A stretch of 64,000 bases of DNA, from the NCBI GenBank assembly GCA_964106645.2, contig OZ067039.1; one strand, written 5' to 3'. The position numbers and the translations under genes are program-made. The notes under the pieces are model-generated. The model was not told where the DNA came from. It searched no databases and saw nothing but the letters and a program-made list of their open reading frames with translations. This DNA is from Podarcis pityusensis (lineage: Eukaryota). Within the stretch, counting starts at the first letter, position 1. Each line of letters starts with the position of its first letter. This document shows, in pieces, positions 51,556 to 64,000 of this stretch.

Positions 51556-54371
51556 TGGTGTCCAATTGTACCCCAAAATAGATGAAAATCTGCTTCTTGA
51601 GCTCAGGAACTATCACACAGAATCTGGTTAAGATATCTTAAGAGGTGTCTAAATGCATAAAGAACAGGGGGGAAATGACTTTCTGAATAGTCCTGCTTTC
51701 CTTCTCATCCCTCTGATGAAACAACTGCAGCCAGGTGACTTATAGTCAAAAGACAGCTGTATTTGTTCGGCTGCAGCCCATGGGGACTAGTAGGGTGCAA
51801 GGCAGAGAAACCAACAGTAGGTGGAGCCAGAGTCATTGAGAGGCAGAGCCAACTAATTCTACCTTTATCCCATCATCTTCCTTGCTGAGTTCTGCAAGGA
51901 CAGGAGGACTGAGATTAAGGAGAATGAGAAAGCTCACAGCCAGAGGCCAATGGGTTTTAAGTAAGAAGAGGTGAGATTGGCAAAGGGCAGACTGAGGTTG
52001 CTGGGGCAGTGTCCTGTTCACCTTAAATGTATGTCAAATGACGAAACATGTGTGCCAAATAAAGTGATGGAAATGGCTTGATGTGTTGGGAAAAGGCTGC
52101 AAAAGTGTGCTAGTCTGGTTGTTACACTGCAGTTCATTTTTTCTAATATATTTTGTTGGGGTACAGTATTTGCTCAATGTGCAAGAGAGAGAATAACATT
52201 GTCGGTTCTTGTTTTTTTAACAACGTTCTGTAGAAATTGTATGCGTTACGCATGATGCTTGTGCTTTTAAGTTTTGTGAACTTTAAAAATATTTTTTATT
52301 TTGGCAAAAGCTGTGAAGAAAAGAAGCAGTAAAATAGAAGAGTGGTTTCTTGATAAATCAAACTATCTGAATGACCACTAGGGGCATTTTCATTTATGAA
52401 ATGGAGCAACAAATTATGGGGCGGACACAGATCCTGGGGACCCCCTTTCAGACTGCAAATTTTGTTCCCAGTTCATCAGCCCTATGTCAAAAATAATACA
52501 TCTGTAGCTTGAGGCAGCTATGCATAACATCCAGGCTCTCGTGTAAACACAGTTGTTTATTTTATTTATTTATATTTATATATTTATGTGTGTGTGTGCG
52601 TGTTTTGTATATCAGATAAGTGACTTGCAGGAACAGCCTCATCAGTGTAATAATATTCCAAACATTTGCACGTTTCAAATATGTAATGAAGAGAGAAGCT
52701 CACTTCTTACAACATAGTGTTGCAGTCTTCCTCAATGCACCTACATGGTTAATAAGCATGACTAACTTAGGGCCACATTTACACCAGACATTTAAAGCAG
52801 TATGATACCACTTTGAACAGTCATGGTTGCCCTCAAAGAATTCTGGGAGCTGTAGTTTGTTTGGAGTGTTGAGAGTTGTTAGGAGACCCCGATTCCCCTC
52901 ACACAACTACATTTTCCAGAGCTGCCTGGGAAGAGGGATTGTTGAACCCCTCTGGTTGAAATGGGAATGGTTTCATCACTATCTTAAAAAAATTATAAAC
53001 ACGTCACTTGTCCCTGGGACAGTAGGGGTTATAAATCAAATAAATGGCTAACTAATATTCTGAGTCAATTTGAAAGGGCTAATTGGCAGAAGGAAAGAAT
53101 GGCATCATGTTCCTTGTAACTGATTGGAGTACAACTAAAATAACATTACAGAGCATCACTTAAACCCTGATTTCAACAACAGTCTTCTTTCCCTGATTAT
53201 TCCTGGGGGTGCTCAGCCACCTCCCAACCAATTTTGAGGAGGGCTGTAGCCCCTTCTTGCAGCCTTCAACTTCTATATGAACATCATTGCATGGTAACAA
53301 GAAGCCCAAGGAAGGCCGGCCTAAGACATTATGCTGCCTGAGGCAAAAGGCAAGATTCTCTCCTTATTCCATGTATAGAAGTTGACAAGACTGCAGCTGA
53401 ATGTTACTCTGGCACAGGTTATGGGCAGCACCTCCATCATACCTGAGTTCAGCAGACTAGTTTATGGCACATAACATCCCATTCTGCTCTAAGTTGCTCA
53501 GCATCTGCTGCCTGCGATGGCTGTGCCATTTGACCTAATGATAGGGTCAACCCTGAGTCAAGCAAGATCGTAAGTGGGAACATACGCTAGGCTGGCCAAT
53601 GTGATGCATTTCTGATTTTATTATTTTATTGGTGGTGTTGCCCAACCAAGGGATAACAGAAAGTTTTGGGCTCATGCAGCCCTCCCCAGAACAGCCACCT
53701 AGTAGTAGCAGCAGCAGAGTGTGAGAGAGCAGGTGCTTCCTTCCCCTTTCTTTTCTCCTCAGTTGTCATCTAGGGGTGGAGTGTGGGCAGTTTCTGTCCT
53801 CTGTCCATGCTGAAGCAGAAGCGGAGTGGAAGGAGAAAAACAAAATATTTTTGAGAGAAAATGTGGGTTGGGTGGGTGAAGAGACCAGAAAGGAGTGAGA
53901 CTCTTCATGCTTTTAAAGCAGTTTAGGAGTGAGAGGATCACTTGATATGTGGGCAGTCAGTGCCGCCTGAGGAGAAAATGAGAAACCCATGAAGAGCACG
54001 GCCGGCTCTACTATTAGGCAGAGTGAGATGGCAGCAGATGCTGAGGAGTGGAGGAACTGTGTGCCACATGATCTGCCCCTAAGTGAGACTGCTGGGCAGT
54101 GGAGGATGCTGCCCATTGCCAGTGTTGAAGTAAGACTCATGTGACAGTCTGGTTGGCTTTGATATCTGAAATGTGGAGGATGCCTTGGGCCAGCCCTGCT
54201 GAAGACCATGGCAGCTGTCCAGATTCCAGGCCCTCTCCTGAAGAGAAGCAGCTTCTGGTGCTACTATGACAGAAAGATGAGGGAGGGCAAGAGTGGCAAT
54301 GGGGTCAGAGTTGTCATCTGCCATTCCCATCTTTGTTTGACTGTTCTGAACAAGAACACACAAACAAAAAA

Positions 54372-54405
<34 letters not shown>

Positions 54406-54785
54406 GCAGCTGTGAGATGCAGATTCCATTGTAATCTGCAATGTAGGTTTCAGTGCCTTATCTAGTAATGAGGAACGACAAGTGATTTGTGTTCTGGAAC
54501 CTATCAATTTCCAATGCAGAGTACCACATGTTAGGAAAGCAACAGCAGGGCAAAAAACCAGGCTTCTAATTTCTACCTTCATCCGCCTGATTATATAGCG
54601 AACACAAATCTAAACTGTTTTAGCTGCTCTTTTCTTTTTCATCAGAAGAGAAGTTTAAAGAGTGCAGGACTGAAGAAATATTTCCACAAAGGAAGTTGCA
54701 GGTCCGCAAAACACGCTCCCTCAGTTCCCCTCTTCCCACAAAGCTTGACACTGGCAGGAGGAGGTTAAGTTGAGACTGTAGTTTC

Positions 54786-55391
54786 ACCAGGGAGAAAAGG
54801 CGATGGAAGAAGATTGGAAGAAATTCAAAGACTACTTACAGAAATATTGCAAAATTAAGGAATGTTAGAGGGATGTTGGATTGAAAATAAGTGGTTTCCA
54901 GCTGTACAGGATAAAATTATAAGACAGACTAAGATTAAAGATCAGGATTAAAGAAGTTTAAGGAAACGGAAATTTGGTACTTAAGAGGTAAAATTTTAAT
55001 GCTATATTACATCAAGATTAAAGATTAGGAGTAAATAAGTTAAAGGAAAGGGAAATTTGGTACTTAAGAGGTAAATTTTTAATGCTATATTACACTAAGA
55101 ATAAAGATTGGGGTTAAAAAAGTGGAAAAGAAATTGCTGGAGGAACAATTTGGACTGGAATACAAAAGAGGGAGGTATGAGGAAGTCCAGAAAATAAGTA
55201 AATTTAAAAAAGGGAAATGAAAAAGTGATATTGTTTTTAATTGTTCTGTTTCTTTTTTTGTTGTTGTTTTTTGTTTTTTGTTTTTGTTTTCTTTTTTTGG
55301 AATTTGTATTGTGTATTTGTGTATTTCTTTTTTATGTTTTTTCTGTTCAACTTTTTATTGAAACTTTAATAAAAATTATTTTTTAAAAAAA
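54786..55391 (+). mobile_element. 5'-truncated L1-type retroelement 3' end
   Basis: 20-bp TSD taagttgagactgtagtttc (54766-54785 and 55392-55411); EDWKKFKDYL-type ORF2 end; AT-rich UTR, AATAAA and A-rich tail. Confidence 0.85.
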
Positions 55392-56040
55392 TAAGTTGAG
55401 ACTGTAGTTTCTTTTGTTAACAGGAAAATATGGCTCATGCTGTCAATACATACACTCGGGCGTGTGCCCCCGGGGTGGGTGTTACCTGGTTTCCTAAGTT
55501 CAGCGTTTGCCAGAATAGTATTCTTAGGGGTCCTATCCAGAACCCTCAGTGGTCAGGCCAAAACATTGTTCAGTTTCTCTACCACCTCCAATAAACCAAT
55601 AGGGACCAGTGTTTGCAGTACTCTGAAATATAAGATACTGCACACAAACCTACTCTGGGGCCTTGTTGATGTGGTCTTTTTTGCCTTTAGTGTACTGAGC
55701 TGCAGAGCAACACAGCTGAAGAGGGTCCTCTCTATGCCATCGACAAGACCACATGCTTGAAATCAGCATGGTTTCCAAACTGGATTCAGGAGTGCCTTTA
55801 GCAGGGCTGGCCCGAGACATTTTTCTGCCTGAGATGGAACGGCAAATGGTTGCCCCTCACCTTTTCCCCCAAGCAAGGTGCATAGTACCCAAAGCTGACC
55901 AAGTTACTTTGATGCTTGAATTAGAAAAATACCACAAGCATCTCGCCTAGGAAGTAAGAATAAAGCAATACGTTAAAGCACTACTAATGTGCAGGCCTTT
56001 CATGACACCCAAAACGGGCTGCCTCACTAATGGCAGGGCT

Positions 56041-56171
56041 CCAGTTACAGATAGGTAGCCGTGTTGGTCTGCCATAGTCAAAATAAAAAAAATCCTTCCA
56101 GTAGCACCTTTAAGACCAACTAAGTTAGTTCTTGGTATGAGCTTTCGTGTGCAAGCACACTTCTTCAGATA
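56041..56171 (-). mobile_element. Penelope-like element terminal fragment
   Basis: gtagccgtgttggtctg...gtagcacctt..gaccaactaag...gagctttcgtg, recalled as a squamate PLE end. Confidence 0.65.
56135..56171 (-). ncRNA. Minimal type I hammerhead ribozyme motif
   Basis: Minus strand UAU-CUGAAGA-A-GUGUGC(UU)GCACAC-GAAA-GC-UC-AUAC: both core boxes, a 6-bp stem II and a short stem I. Confidence 0.65.
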
Positions 56172-57287
56172 ATGGCAGGGCTGTCGCTGGCCTTTCACCA
56201 TTGATGTCTGGGGTCAGACATATTGCCAAATTATATTTCGTAAGCACAGAGAAAACTGAATGCAAGAAAGGAGCACAGGTGTCCTTTGGCCTGCTATTTA
56301 TCACTCACATTTCGTGACTGGAGGGCACAATGGCCCTCAGACAAGCTGCCTCACAGGATCACTATAAAGCTCAAAGAATGCTTATTTCTGAGCTCACTGG
56401 AAAGTTGGCATTAGAAATGTGACCATCTTCCCTCAGAACACAGAAGCTTAATTTCTCACAGGATTTTCCTTTTTCCAAGGCAAAACACAAAAGGTTAAAA
56501 TAACATCTGGTTTATTGGATTCAGACCAATCCGCCCGGGTTTAATAAAACAGCTGCTAGCATCTTTTTTGACTTGAATTCAAATATGTGCGGGGGGGGGG
56601 AGGAATATGAGTCCTAATAGTTGCTAACCAGTATCCACCCTCCACTTAGGAATTTGTTTTGGGAATGCAGATAATGAAAGACTCTGAATGGTTTGTTGGT
56701 AAGTACATTTGAAAACTTGAGCTGTTGAAGCAGTCATGGAGCTGGGAAATTAGCCAAGCAATGGATAATAGGGTTTATAGTCTGACTATAATCTTATCCA
56801 GTTTCTCAAAAGAACACCTGGGGAAATAAAGGTGGGGGCAGAGAGAGAGGAGGAGGGGGCTGTGGGTGCCAGCTCCACCTGCATGTCCCCACTGATTCCA
56901 CCCCCCAACCCTTGAGCACTGGGTCAAATATATGCATGGATTAGTAGACGATGTGTGGTTGGAATGTTTTTTCCTACTAAATAGATTTGACACACCCTTT
57001 ACTAATTCCTTTTCACCTACTGTTATGCAATTTTTAGTTATTCAAACATACCAAATCCTTAGCTATGTCTCTATTGGCTTGAAAGGGATTTGTGTGTTCA
57101 TAACTCTTACCTCCAGTAATTTGAGAGTGCTGTTTGCTTCTCTCAGTCCACTAGAGACCATTGCCTTTATTTGAAACAGGAAGTGAAGAGTCATTCTGAA
57201 CATAGTATGTGGAGTTGCACTTCTCCCCTACTCCTTTCTCAAGGTCCGATTACTTTGGAAACTTTTTTTTGTAAATAATCATACCTA

Positions 57288-57301
57288 TGTGTGTGTGTGG
57301 T

Positions 57302-57372
<71 letters not shown>
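57288..57372. repeat. Compound (GT)n(GA)n microsatellite
   Basis: Visible in sequence. Confidence 0.95.
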
Positions 57373-57375
<3 letters not shown>

Positions 57376-58261
57376 ACAATCATCCAAGTTTCTCTGACTT
57401 ATCCCACTGTCTCTCTTATACTTTGAGGAAAGTCCTCACAGAATTTATGACTCACTTAATTCATGCATTTGACAACCCCAACATCCTCACTTTTATATAG
57501 ATGCTGGTATGTGCACACCTATGTAAAATCTAGCAAATTTTTTTTCAGCTGAGACAACATCTGTTTGGGGGAGGCTGAAGTACTAGATATAAAATTACTA
57601 AAAGCTGCAGGAAAACCTTGCTCATCAAGGCCCCGGTACCTTTGTGCATGGAAAGCGGTTTCATCCTATCCCCTCTACTCCTGGGTGTCTATACATTATT
57701 TCTTCCCCAAATCCATTTTTGGAGTTCTGGGACTTGAAAACTGTCTGGGGACAAACTCCACTAGCCCTGATAAAATTTCCTCTCCACCCCAAGTGATATT
57801 ACACGTGTGCTATGTCTTTCTGCATTTACTCCCCGCCCCCCATCTGCATTTCTTCCTGAGCAATTACTGGTTAAAGTCTTTCATTTTAGGTAGATGCATG
57901 GCACTGGAGAACAAGTATGCAACCTACTGATTCCCCAACACCCCAAAAATTCTTAAACTTGCATAAAGGATAACATCTCTTTCCTATTGGCTTTTAGATT
58001 TCTTGGTATTAGAGGGCCTGGCACAGGCAGAAAGAATACCCAGGTTCAGAACCTCGCCAGCTTAGTAACATTTAGGCTAGTCCGTTAAGGCAATTTGTTA
58101 GCACAATTGAAAGACTAGATGAGTTATTCATTAACAGGACCGCAGCTTGTTTCTACTGCTATCTGAACATGCTATTTGTTATATCTGCAATGATTATAAT
58201 TGGAGGATGAGAAAAGAAAACACCACCATAAAATACAGAACTAGTATACACCATCTGAAAA

Positions 58262-58267
58262 TTTATT
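58262..58267 (-). terminator. ALAS1 polyadenylation signal AATAAA
   Basis: AATAAA on the minus strand about 115 nt after the ALAS1 stop codon. Confidence 0.6.
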
Positions 58268-58381
58268 TTCAGGAATTCTGTTCTTAAGCTACGGAATAAA
58301 ATGCATGTCATATGCAGGAAAGAGGCTACAGTGAACATTTGAACACTAGACAACTAGACATAGATAGGACTATAGTTTGCT

Positions 58382-58542
58382 TTATGCAGTCGCTGACACA
58401 AGTTTGCTCATTCCACTGAAGTAGGATCTTTCCCTTTCACTCATTACTTCAAAGTGAAGGGGTCGCCTGCAGAAGTTGCATTCAGCAGAGGAGTGTGGCT
58501 TCAGCTCCAGGCCAACTTCCTTCCAAGTAGCTAACAGATTCT
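58382..58542 (-). CDS. ALAS1: 5-aminolevulinate synthase 1, last coding exon
   Basis: [38 protein letters not shown]...ATA*; acceptor tcttgcag. Confidence 0.96.
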
Positions 58543-59137
58543 CTGCAAGAGAAGAAGGAAACTCTGGTAATTGCAGAGACAAAGCAAACACTCTTGCTAA
58601 TCCATAGCATGAAGACACAGAACAACTAATACAAGGTTCATCCTTATTAGCTTTCTTTAACACAGTAGCCTTGAATTTTAAAACACTAATGACCCCGTTA
58701 TGTTCAAAGGTTTCATGGCCCTTTGCCTGTTACAGGTTTACTAGGAGAAACAATCTCAATTCTGCTAGACAATATTCCCTTTTGGAGGAAGCCTCCAAAA
58801 CCCTACACAAATCTGAAGTGGAGTCTCTAAAATGGTTGGATGGAGCCTTGTATGCCTCCTTCCAGCAACTCCTGCAGCCAAGCTGGTGCCAAACATATTG
58901 CTCAACTTTCCTTTGGATCACATCAGTGAGGCCGAGAGGGGGTTTTGTCATCTGGGCAGTCCAGGACCTCCATACACACTGCCCAGGCTTGCACCACGAA
59001 GAGATCATTTCAGTTTGACTTCACTCCCAGAGATGAACTCCATTGTCTCTTGAGACAGATGGATGCCAACAACTGTTTAGTAAGCTTGTGTGTGTTAGGA
59101 CAGAGATAGCAGATTTACTGGCACTAACCCAGTACTT

Positions 59138-59487
59138 GAGACGCGGGTGGCGCTGTGGGTTAAACCACAGAGCCTAGGACTTGCCGATCAGAAGATCGGC
59201 GGTTCGAATCCCCACGATGGGGTGAGCTCCTATTGCTCGGTCCCTGCTCCTGCCAACCTAGCAGTTCGAAAGCATGTCAAAGTGCAAGTAGATAAATAGG
59301 TACTGCTCCAGCGGGAAGGTAAACAGCATTTCCGTGCACTGCTCTGGTTCGCCAGAAGCGGCTTAGTCATGCTGGCCACATGACCCGGAAGCTGTACGCC
59401 GGCTGCCTTGGCCAATAAAGCGAGATGAGCACCACAACCCCAGATTCGGCTACGACTGGACCTAATGGTCAGGGGTCCTTTTACCTT
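59138..59487 (+). mobile_element. Sauria (Squam1-type) SINE in the last ALAS1 intron, antisense to the gene
   Basis: Full head and tail with 12-bp TSD taacccagtact (59125-59136 and 59488-59499). Confidence 0.9.
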
Positions 59488-60266
59488 TAACCCAGTACTG
59501 TGTTACTGGCACAGTGCTATGGAGTCTACAGGTACTCATGGCTTTCTTTAAAGAAGCAAGAAAGCTGCACATAGCACAGCTGCAGTTTGCCTGTTGGAGA
59601 CTCATGCAATTTAATAGGCAAGGACTCAGCTAGGGTGAGGATCTGTTGATGTACCATGTTTAGCCTTATCATTTGACATAATTATTAAAGAAATATCCAG
59701 CTGTACAAACAAGTGGAACTAAGCCAGCACAGTGCTTCCTTGATACAGAAACTTTTGGAGAGCAATCTAACTCGATCACAAAGAAACCTTACGGGTCTCA
59801 AATTCGGTTTTATATATTGCACTGTCTAAGTTTATGTACATTTTAGGAAGTGGTACTTGCAGTCACCCATCCTGCTTCTCGTGTTTATGACAGTTCAACC
59901 TTAGGGACAAAGCACATTTTTTCTGTAGGGGCAAACCTATTTGAGCATTAATTACTTAGGGGATTCCAGTTACATGTGGGGGTACTGCAGGGCCATGCTC
60001 CACATAAAAGCCTCCCCATGCAGGGTTCAAAGTCACATGGGGGAGTCTGAGTGTAGAGTGGGCTCCTAGCTTCAGCCTTCAACCTTAATGAGAATAAGGG
60101 GTGTTGTGGATACGACAGCCCTACTCTCTGCCACGCATGATTGGAATTGTGCTAGTAGTAAGTGCCCAAATAGTTCTTTAGCACTACAGATTTATCAGGT
60201 TTTCATTGTAAATGTTAGAAAAGTGTTATGAAATGTTGCTGTGCTTTTATGTCTTTGTTCACTCAC

Positions 60267-60429
60267 CAATAAAATAGTTCATCATTTGTGGTGTATGATG
60301 TGGGGTAGGGGCAATACGTAGCAGCTCTTCCCCACGTGGCACAGTGGGGTAGTTTATCGCTTGGACGTAGATGCTATGCTGGCTCATCATTTTGTCACAG
60401 ATCTCAGTATTTTTAGCAGCATCTGAAAC
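60267..60429 (-). CDS. ALAS1: ALAS1 coding exon (163 nt)
   Basis: [26 protein letters not shown]; canonical splice sites. Confidence 0.96.
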
Positions 60430-61094
60430 CTGAGGCAGAAAGATTATTTCTAGACATGTTTCCAAGACTGTTAAAATACATTATTTGCACCACCAAGGAC
60501 CAAGTAGGTGTTCCCATGACCAGACTCCAAAAGTTATAGTTACAAAGACCTGTACTTAGACACTGCCAGTTGCATGAACTATTAACCAGTAAGATACAAG
60601 CTAAAACTAGGAGGCAAGTGCTTTGGGGTGGGGTGGAAGCGGAAAAGGCAGGGAGAACGAAGCACATGTGTGTGGTCCAAGGCCAGTGATATACTCCTGT
60701 ACACTTCTCTTGTGGTGGAGACCTCAGGGTATCCCCATCCCGGGTTCCTTCAACAGACCATGTGGGCTTCATAACAATCTCTTCCCTAATCAATGTCAGA
60801 TTGCTGTATTCTGTGGGTCCTGGGCCGGAAAGCAAAGAAATGCAGGTTGCCATCAATCTCCTACTCCCTCAATCTGTTTTATGCATAAATTTAAACTGAA
60901 ACAGTGGGGCGGGGGGGGGGATTGCTGAAGTCATAACCATTAGGATGCCTCTTGGGGAATTGGGGAAGATGCCATATTCTACAGAGTTCAACAAGAAAGA
61001 ATGTAAATGCATACAGACTTAATTATGAAATTTCTGTGGGGCATAAAAGAACAATGGAGTTTTTATGTACTGGATTAAATCCTTAAATATTTAC

Positions 61095-61363
61095 CCTGAT
61101 AGGAATGATGTGACTGGGACAGTGCACTACAGGGAAGCCAGTATCCATCAGCATCTGTCTCATGAGTTTAACATTGCGTTGATGTTGGCGGCGAAGGACT
61201 TGCCCCTCTGCACTTTTGAGGATTCTCACAGACTCGAGAGCGCCAGCTAAGAGCATGGGGGGCAGGGACGTTGTAAAAATAAAGCCAGCAGCATAGGAAC
61301 GGACAGTGTCTATCAGAGAACTTGTACTGGCCACGTAACCCCCTACACAGCCAAAAGCTTTGC
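61095..61363 (-). CDS. ALAS1: ALAS1 coding exon (269 nt), includes the PLP-binding lysine of GKAFG
   Basis: KAFGCVGGY...[15 protein letters not shown]...SHIIPIR; canonical splice sites. Confidence 0.97.
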
Positions 61364-62368
61364 CTGCAGGAAAAACAAGCAAAAGGTTATTTTATCCTTG
61401 GCGTACAGTTCTTTTGATACCAAACCACTAATTTTGGTAAAAAGCAGATGTTTAACAAGCAATGTAGTATTTTGATCCCTCTTCTACAGAAGAGAGCTGT
61501 TTTAAGTCTTCATGCAACAGAGTAAGGTGGTATGTTCAATGCAGAACTACCACCCCAGTTTTAAATAAGCTGCTTAAAGGTGTGCGCACACAAACACATG
61601 TATACAGGGAAACTGCATAAAGAAAACCCCTGACCACATCTGAAAAGGCAGACATGAAGCCTTCTTTGGGGAATCAGTACATTTTGACATCACATGGTGA
61701 CACTTAAAAACAACTGTCAAACAGGTTTCAGTGGCAGGAGCAGTTTTCTAACTGGCCCACCAAGAGGGCTTCTAGGACCAAAAAATTAGGAAAGATTAGT
61801 ACAATATTCAGTCCTCTCTACTAGTTTTGCTACTTTGTGTTAACAGCATTTTCACAGTGTCTTATTATCTACAGAGAAAGCATATATTTCACTTGCATAA
61901 TAAGAGCAAGCAGTCTGGGGTGGGTACAACTTTGCAGTTGTTATGTAATACCAACTGCCAATTCATAGTTCCTTAAAATTTATGGAGGTAAAGTGCTTCC
62001 ACTGGTACATTGTTTTCATTGCAGCTTTTGAAATTACAATAAGCGATAGCCTTAACTGGTAAAACTTGTTGCTACGACATAGATTTACTACTTCTGTTCC
62101 TACCAAATCTCCTTACACAACTCCCATGTCAGGTTTCAGGATTAAGAACGTTCTACTTTACAGAGTTAAGTTCAAGGTAAGGATAGGAGGACTCTGTAAA
62201 ACAACTAACATTTTCACATACACTGATTTAATGCAGGAATGGAGGACCTACCACAAATACAAATTATCCTTGCAAATGGAATTACAAGGGTATGATCATT
62301 CTGTTTTATGACTCATTCTTAGTCACTCTTACTCAAAATTAGAATGAACAGCACCAGTGTGCACATAC

Positions 62369-62533
62369 CCAGCGTTCCAGAGATGATATCCATTTTATTC
62401 ATGACCCCATCTCTGTCTCCAATGCCTCCACCATGAGTTCCATACAGCCCAACGGCATGTACTTCATCTACAAAGGTGATTGCCCCATGTTCATGAGCCA
62501 CATCACAAAGCTCTTCCAACGGGCAGACTGCAC
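62369..62533 (-). CDS. ALAS1: ALAS1 coding exon (165 nt)
   Basis: [13 protein letters not shown]...DIISGTL; canonical splice sites. Confidence 0.97.
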
Positions 62534-62628
62534 CTAAAACAAGGTAATAGTAATATATCAAGTTCTTGCATTTCAGAACCCATGTCTTCCCAGTTTTCAG
62601 GACCTGGAGCATGATATAGCAAGCATAC

Positions 62629-62808
62629 CATCCATTGAGTGAACAGTTTCAAATGCAACAATTTTGGGAGTCGATGGATCTGATTTTTTCAACAGTTCTC
62701 GGAGATGGCCAACATCGTTATGGCGAAAAATGTGCTTTGGCACTCTGCTGTTTCGAATCCCCTGAATCATAGAAGCGTGGTTTCCTGCATCCGAGTAAAT
62801 TTCACAAC
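62629..62808 (-). CDS. ALAS1: ALAS1 coding exon (180 nt); upstream exons lie beyond the window
   Basis: [20 protein letters not shown]...AFETVHSMD; canonical splice sites. Confidence 0.97.
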
Positions 62809-64000
62809 CTGAGGAGGGAAAGAGGGAGAGGCCAGTCAAATACCACATGGCAGCTTGATCATCTGTAACTGGATAGGATTAGGACAACTCACTAATCCAG
62901 CTAGAGAAAGATCAGATTATCCCAACCTGAATGTAAAGAAACCTAGAGCAATAAGATTCTTGTGGGAACCTGTCAAACAAGCTACTGTATCTGGGGGAAA
63001 GGAGGCAGCGGGTTCAAACCTTGAACCCAGATATTTTGCAAGTCACCTCAATTTTCAAATTCTGTTCTCGGAATTTTCCTGGCAACTATTGCTCAAATCC
63101 AGAATTGTTAGGAGAACCCCATTCTATGATTCTGGAAGGGAAGCAACATCACTGAACAAGGTAGTCTTTTAAGCAGGAAATCTAGTGAGTGAGCAGGGCA
63201 GGAATGATCCAGTGTTGCCTCGGTACTGCTGTGGCCACACATTATATAGGAAGTGTCATTAGAGACCCAGAACATAAGGAAAATATGTAAAGAAACAAAA
63301 AACCAAGTGGTACCTTCAAATTCAGCTACCGTACATTTAACTTGAGCAAGTTTCAACAAGTTGGCTGAAACTGCGCAAGTTAAATCCAAGCCTGGTGGAG
63401 AGGTTAAAAGTTATGTTTTTGCTGGGTCTGCTTGGGGTTACCCAGTGCGTAAAGAGCTTTTAAGCTCCCTATCTTGCCCGCGGGGGGAAATGCGTGCTTA
63501 GCGCACCAGCTTTGGGATTTCTGCACACGATCTTGTGGGGCCCATCCAAGTTCCTGCAAGATCTCATATGAGCATCCCTAGCCTCCCAGAGCCAGTGTGC
63601 CAAGCGGGATGTGCCCAGCAAGCTCTTTTTGCACTGGGCCACTTGGGACTACCTGGCATAAAAAGAACTTCTATGTTTTCTGCTTTTACTTGGGAGGCAA
63701 AGCCTGCCCAGTGCACAGGCTATGGGAGTATGGGGGATTCTCTCTCCTCCTCACCTGCTAGCTGCTGGGGCAGCTCCAAGGGTTTGGGTATAAGCAATTT
63801 TCATGTATACAAGGAATCCTTGGAACAAAACCCTGCACGCTATGCGCTCGTACTGTACTTGCATTTTGTCTTCACACATCTAGTTTGTTTGTTTTTCAGT
63901 TCAAAGCTTTTGATACAATTTCCATGAGGTGGCAAAAACCATTAACATGCACTTAACCTGGCTGGATTGATAAAACTGCTAGCCACGTTCAATTCCAAGC

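Overview
Vertebrate genomic DNA, most likely a lacertid lizard (Sauria/Squam-type SINEs, lacertid L2 tails and MITEs). The window covers the TWF2-ALAS1 interval, where mammals carry TLR9. From left to right: (1) the last four coding exons of TWF2 (+), with a strong 15-nt microexon candidate in the preceding intron; (2) about 3.5 kb of heavily decayed sequence with collinear LRR and TIR motifs matching TLR9, read as a unitary TLR9 pseudogene in its ancestral position (+); (3) an intact four-coding-exon, ~503-aa hyaluronidase with a predicted GPI signal, lying outside the two canonical HYAL clusters (-); (4) a CpG island at ~48 kb with no coding gene assigned to it; (5) the last five coding exons of ALAS1 (-). 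Interspersed repeats include SINEs, L1/L2/CR1 fragments, hAT and Tc1/mariner MITEs, and a Penelope-like end carrying a minimal hammerhead ribozyme motif. There is one 130-N assembly gap. All homology calls rest on remembered reference sequences and were not computed.
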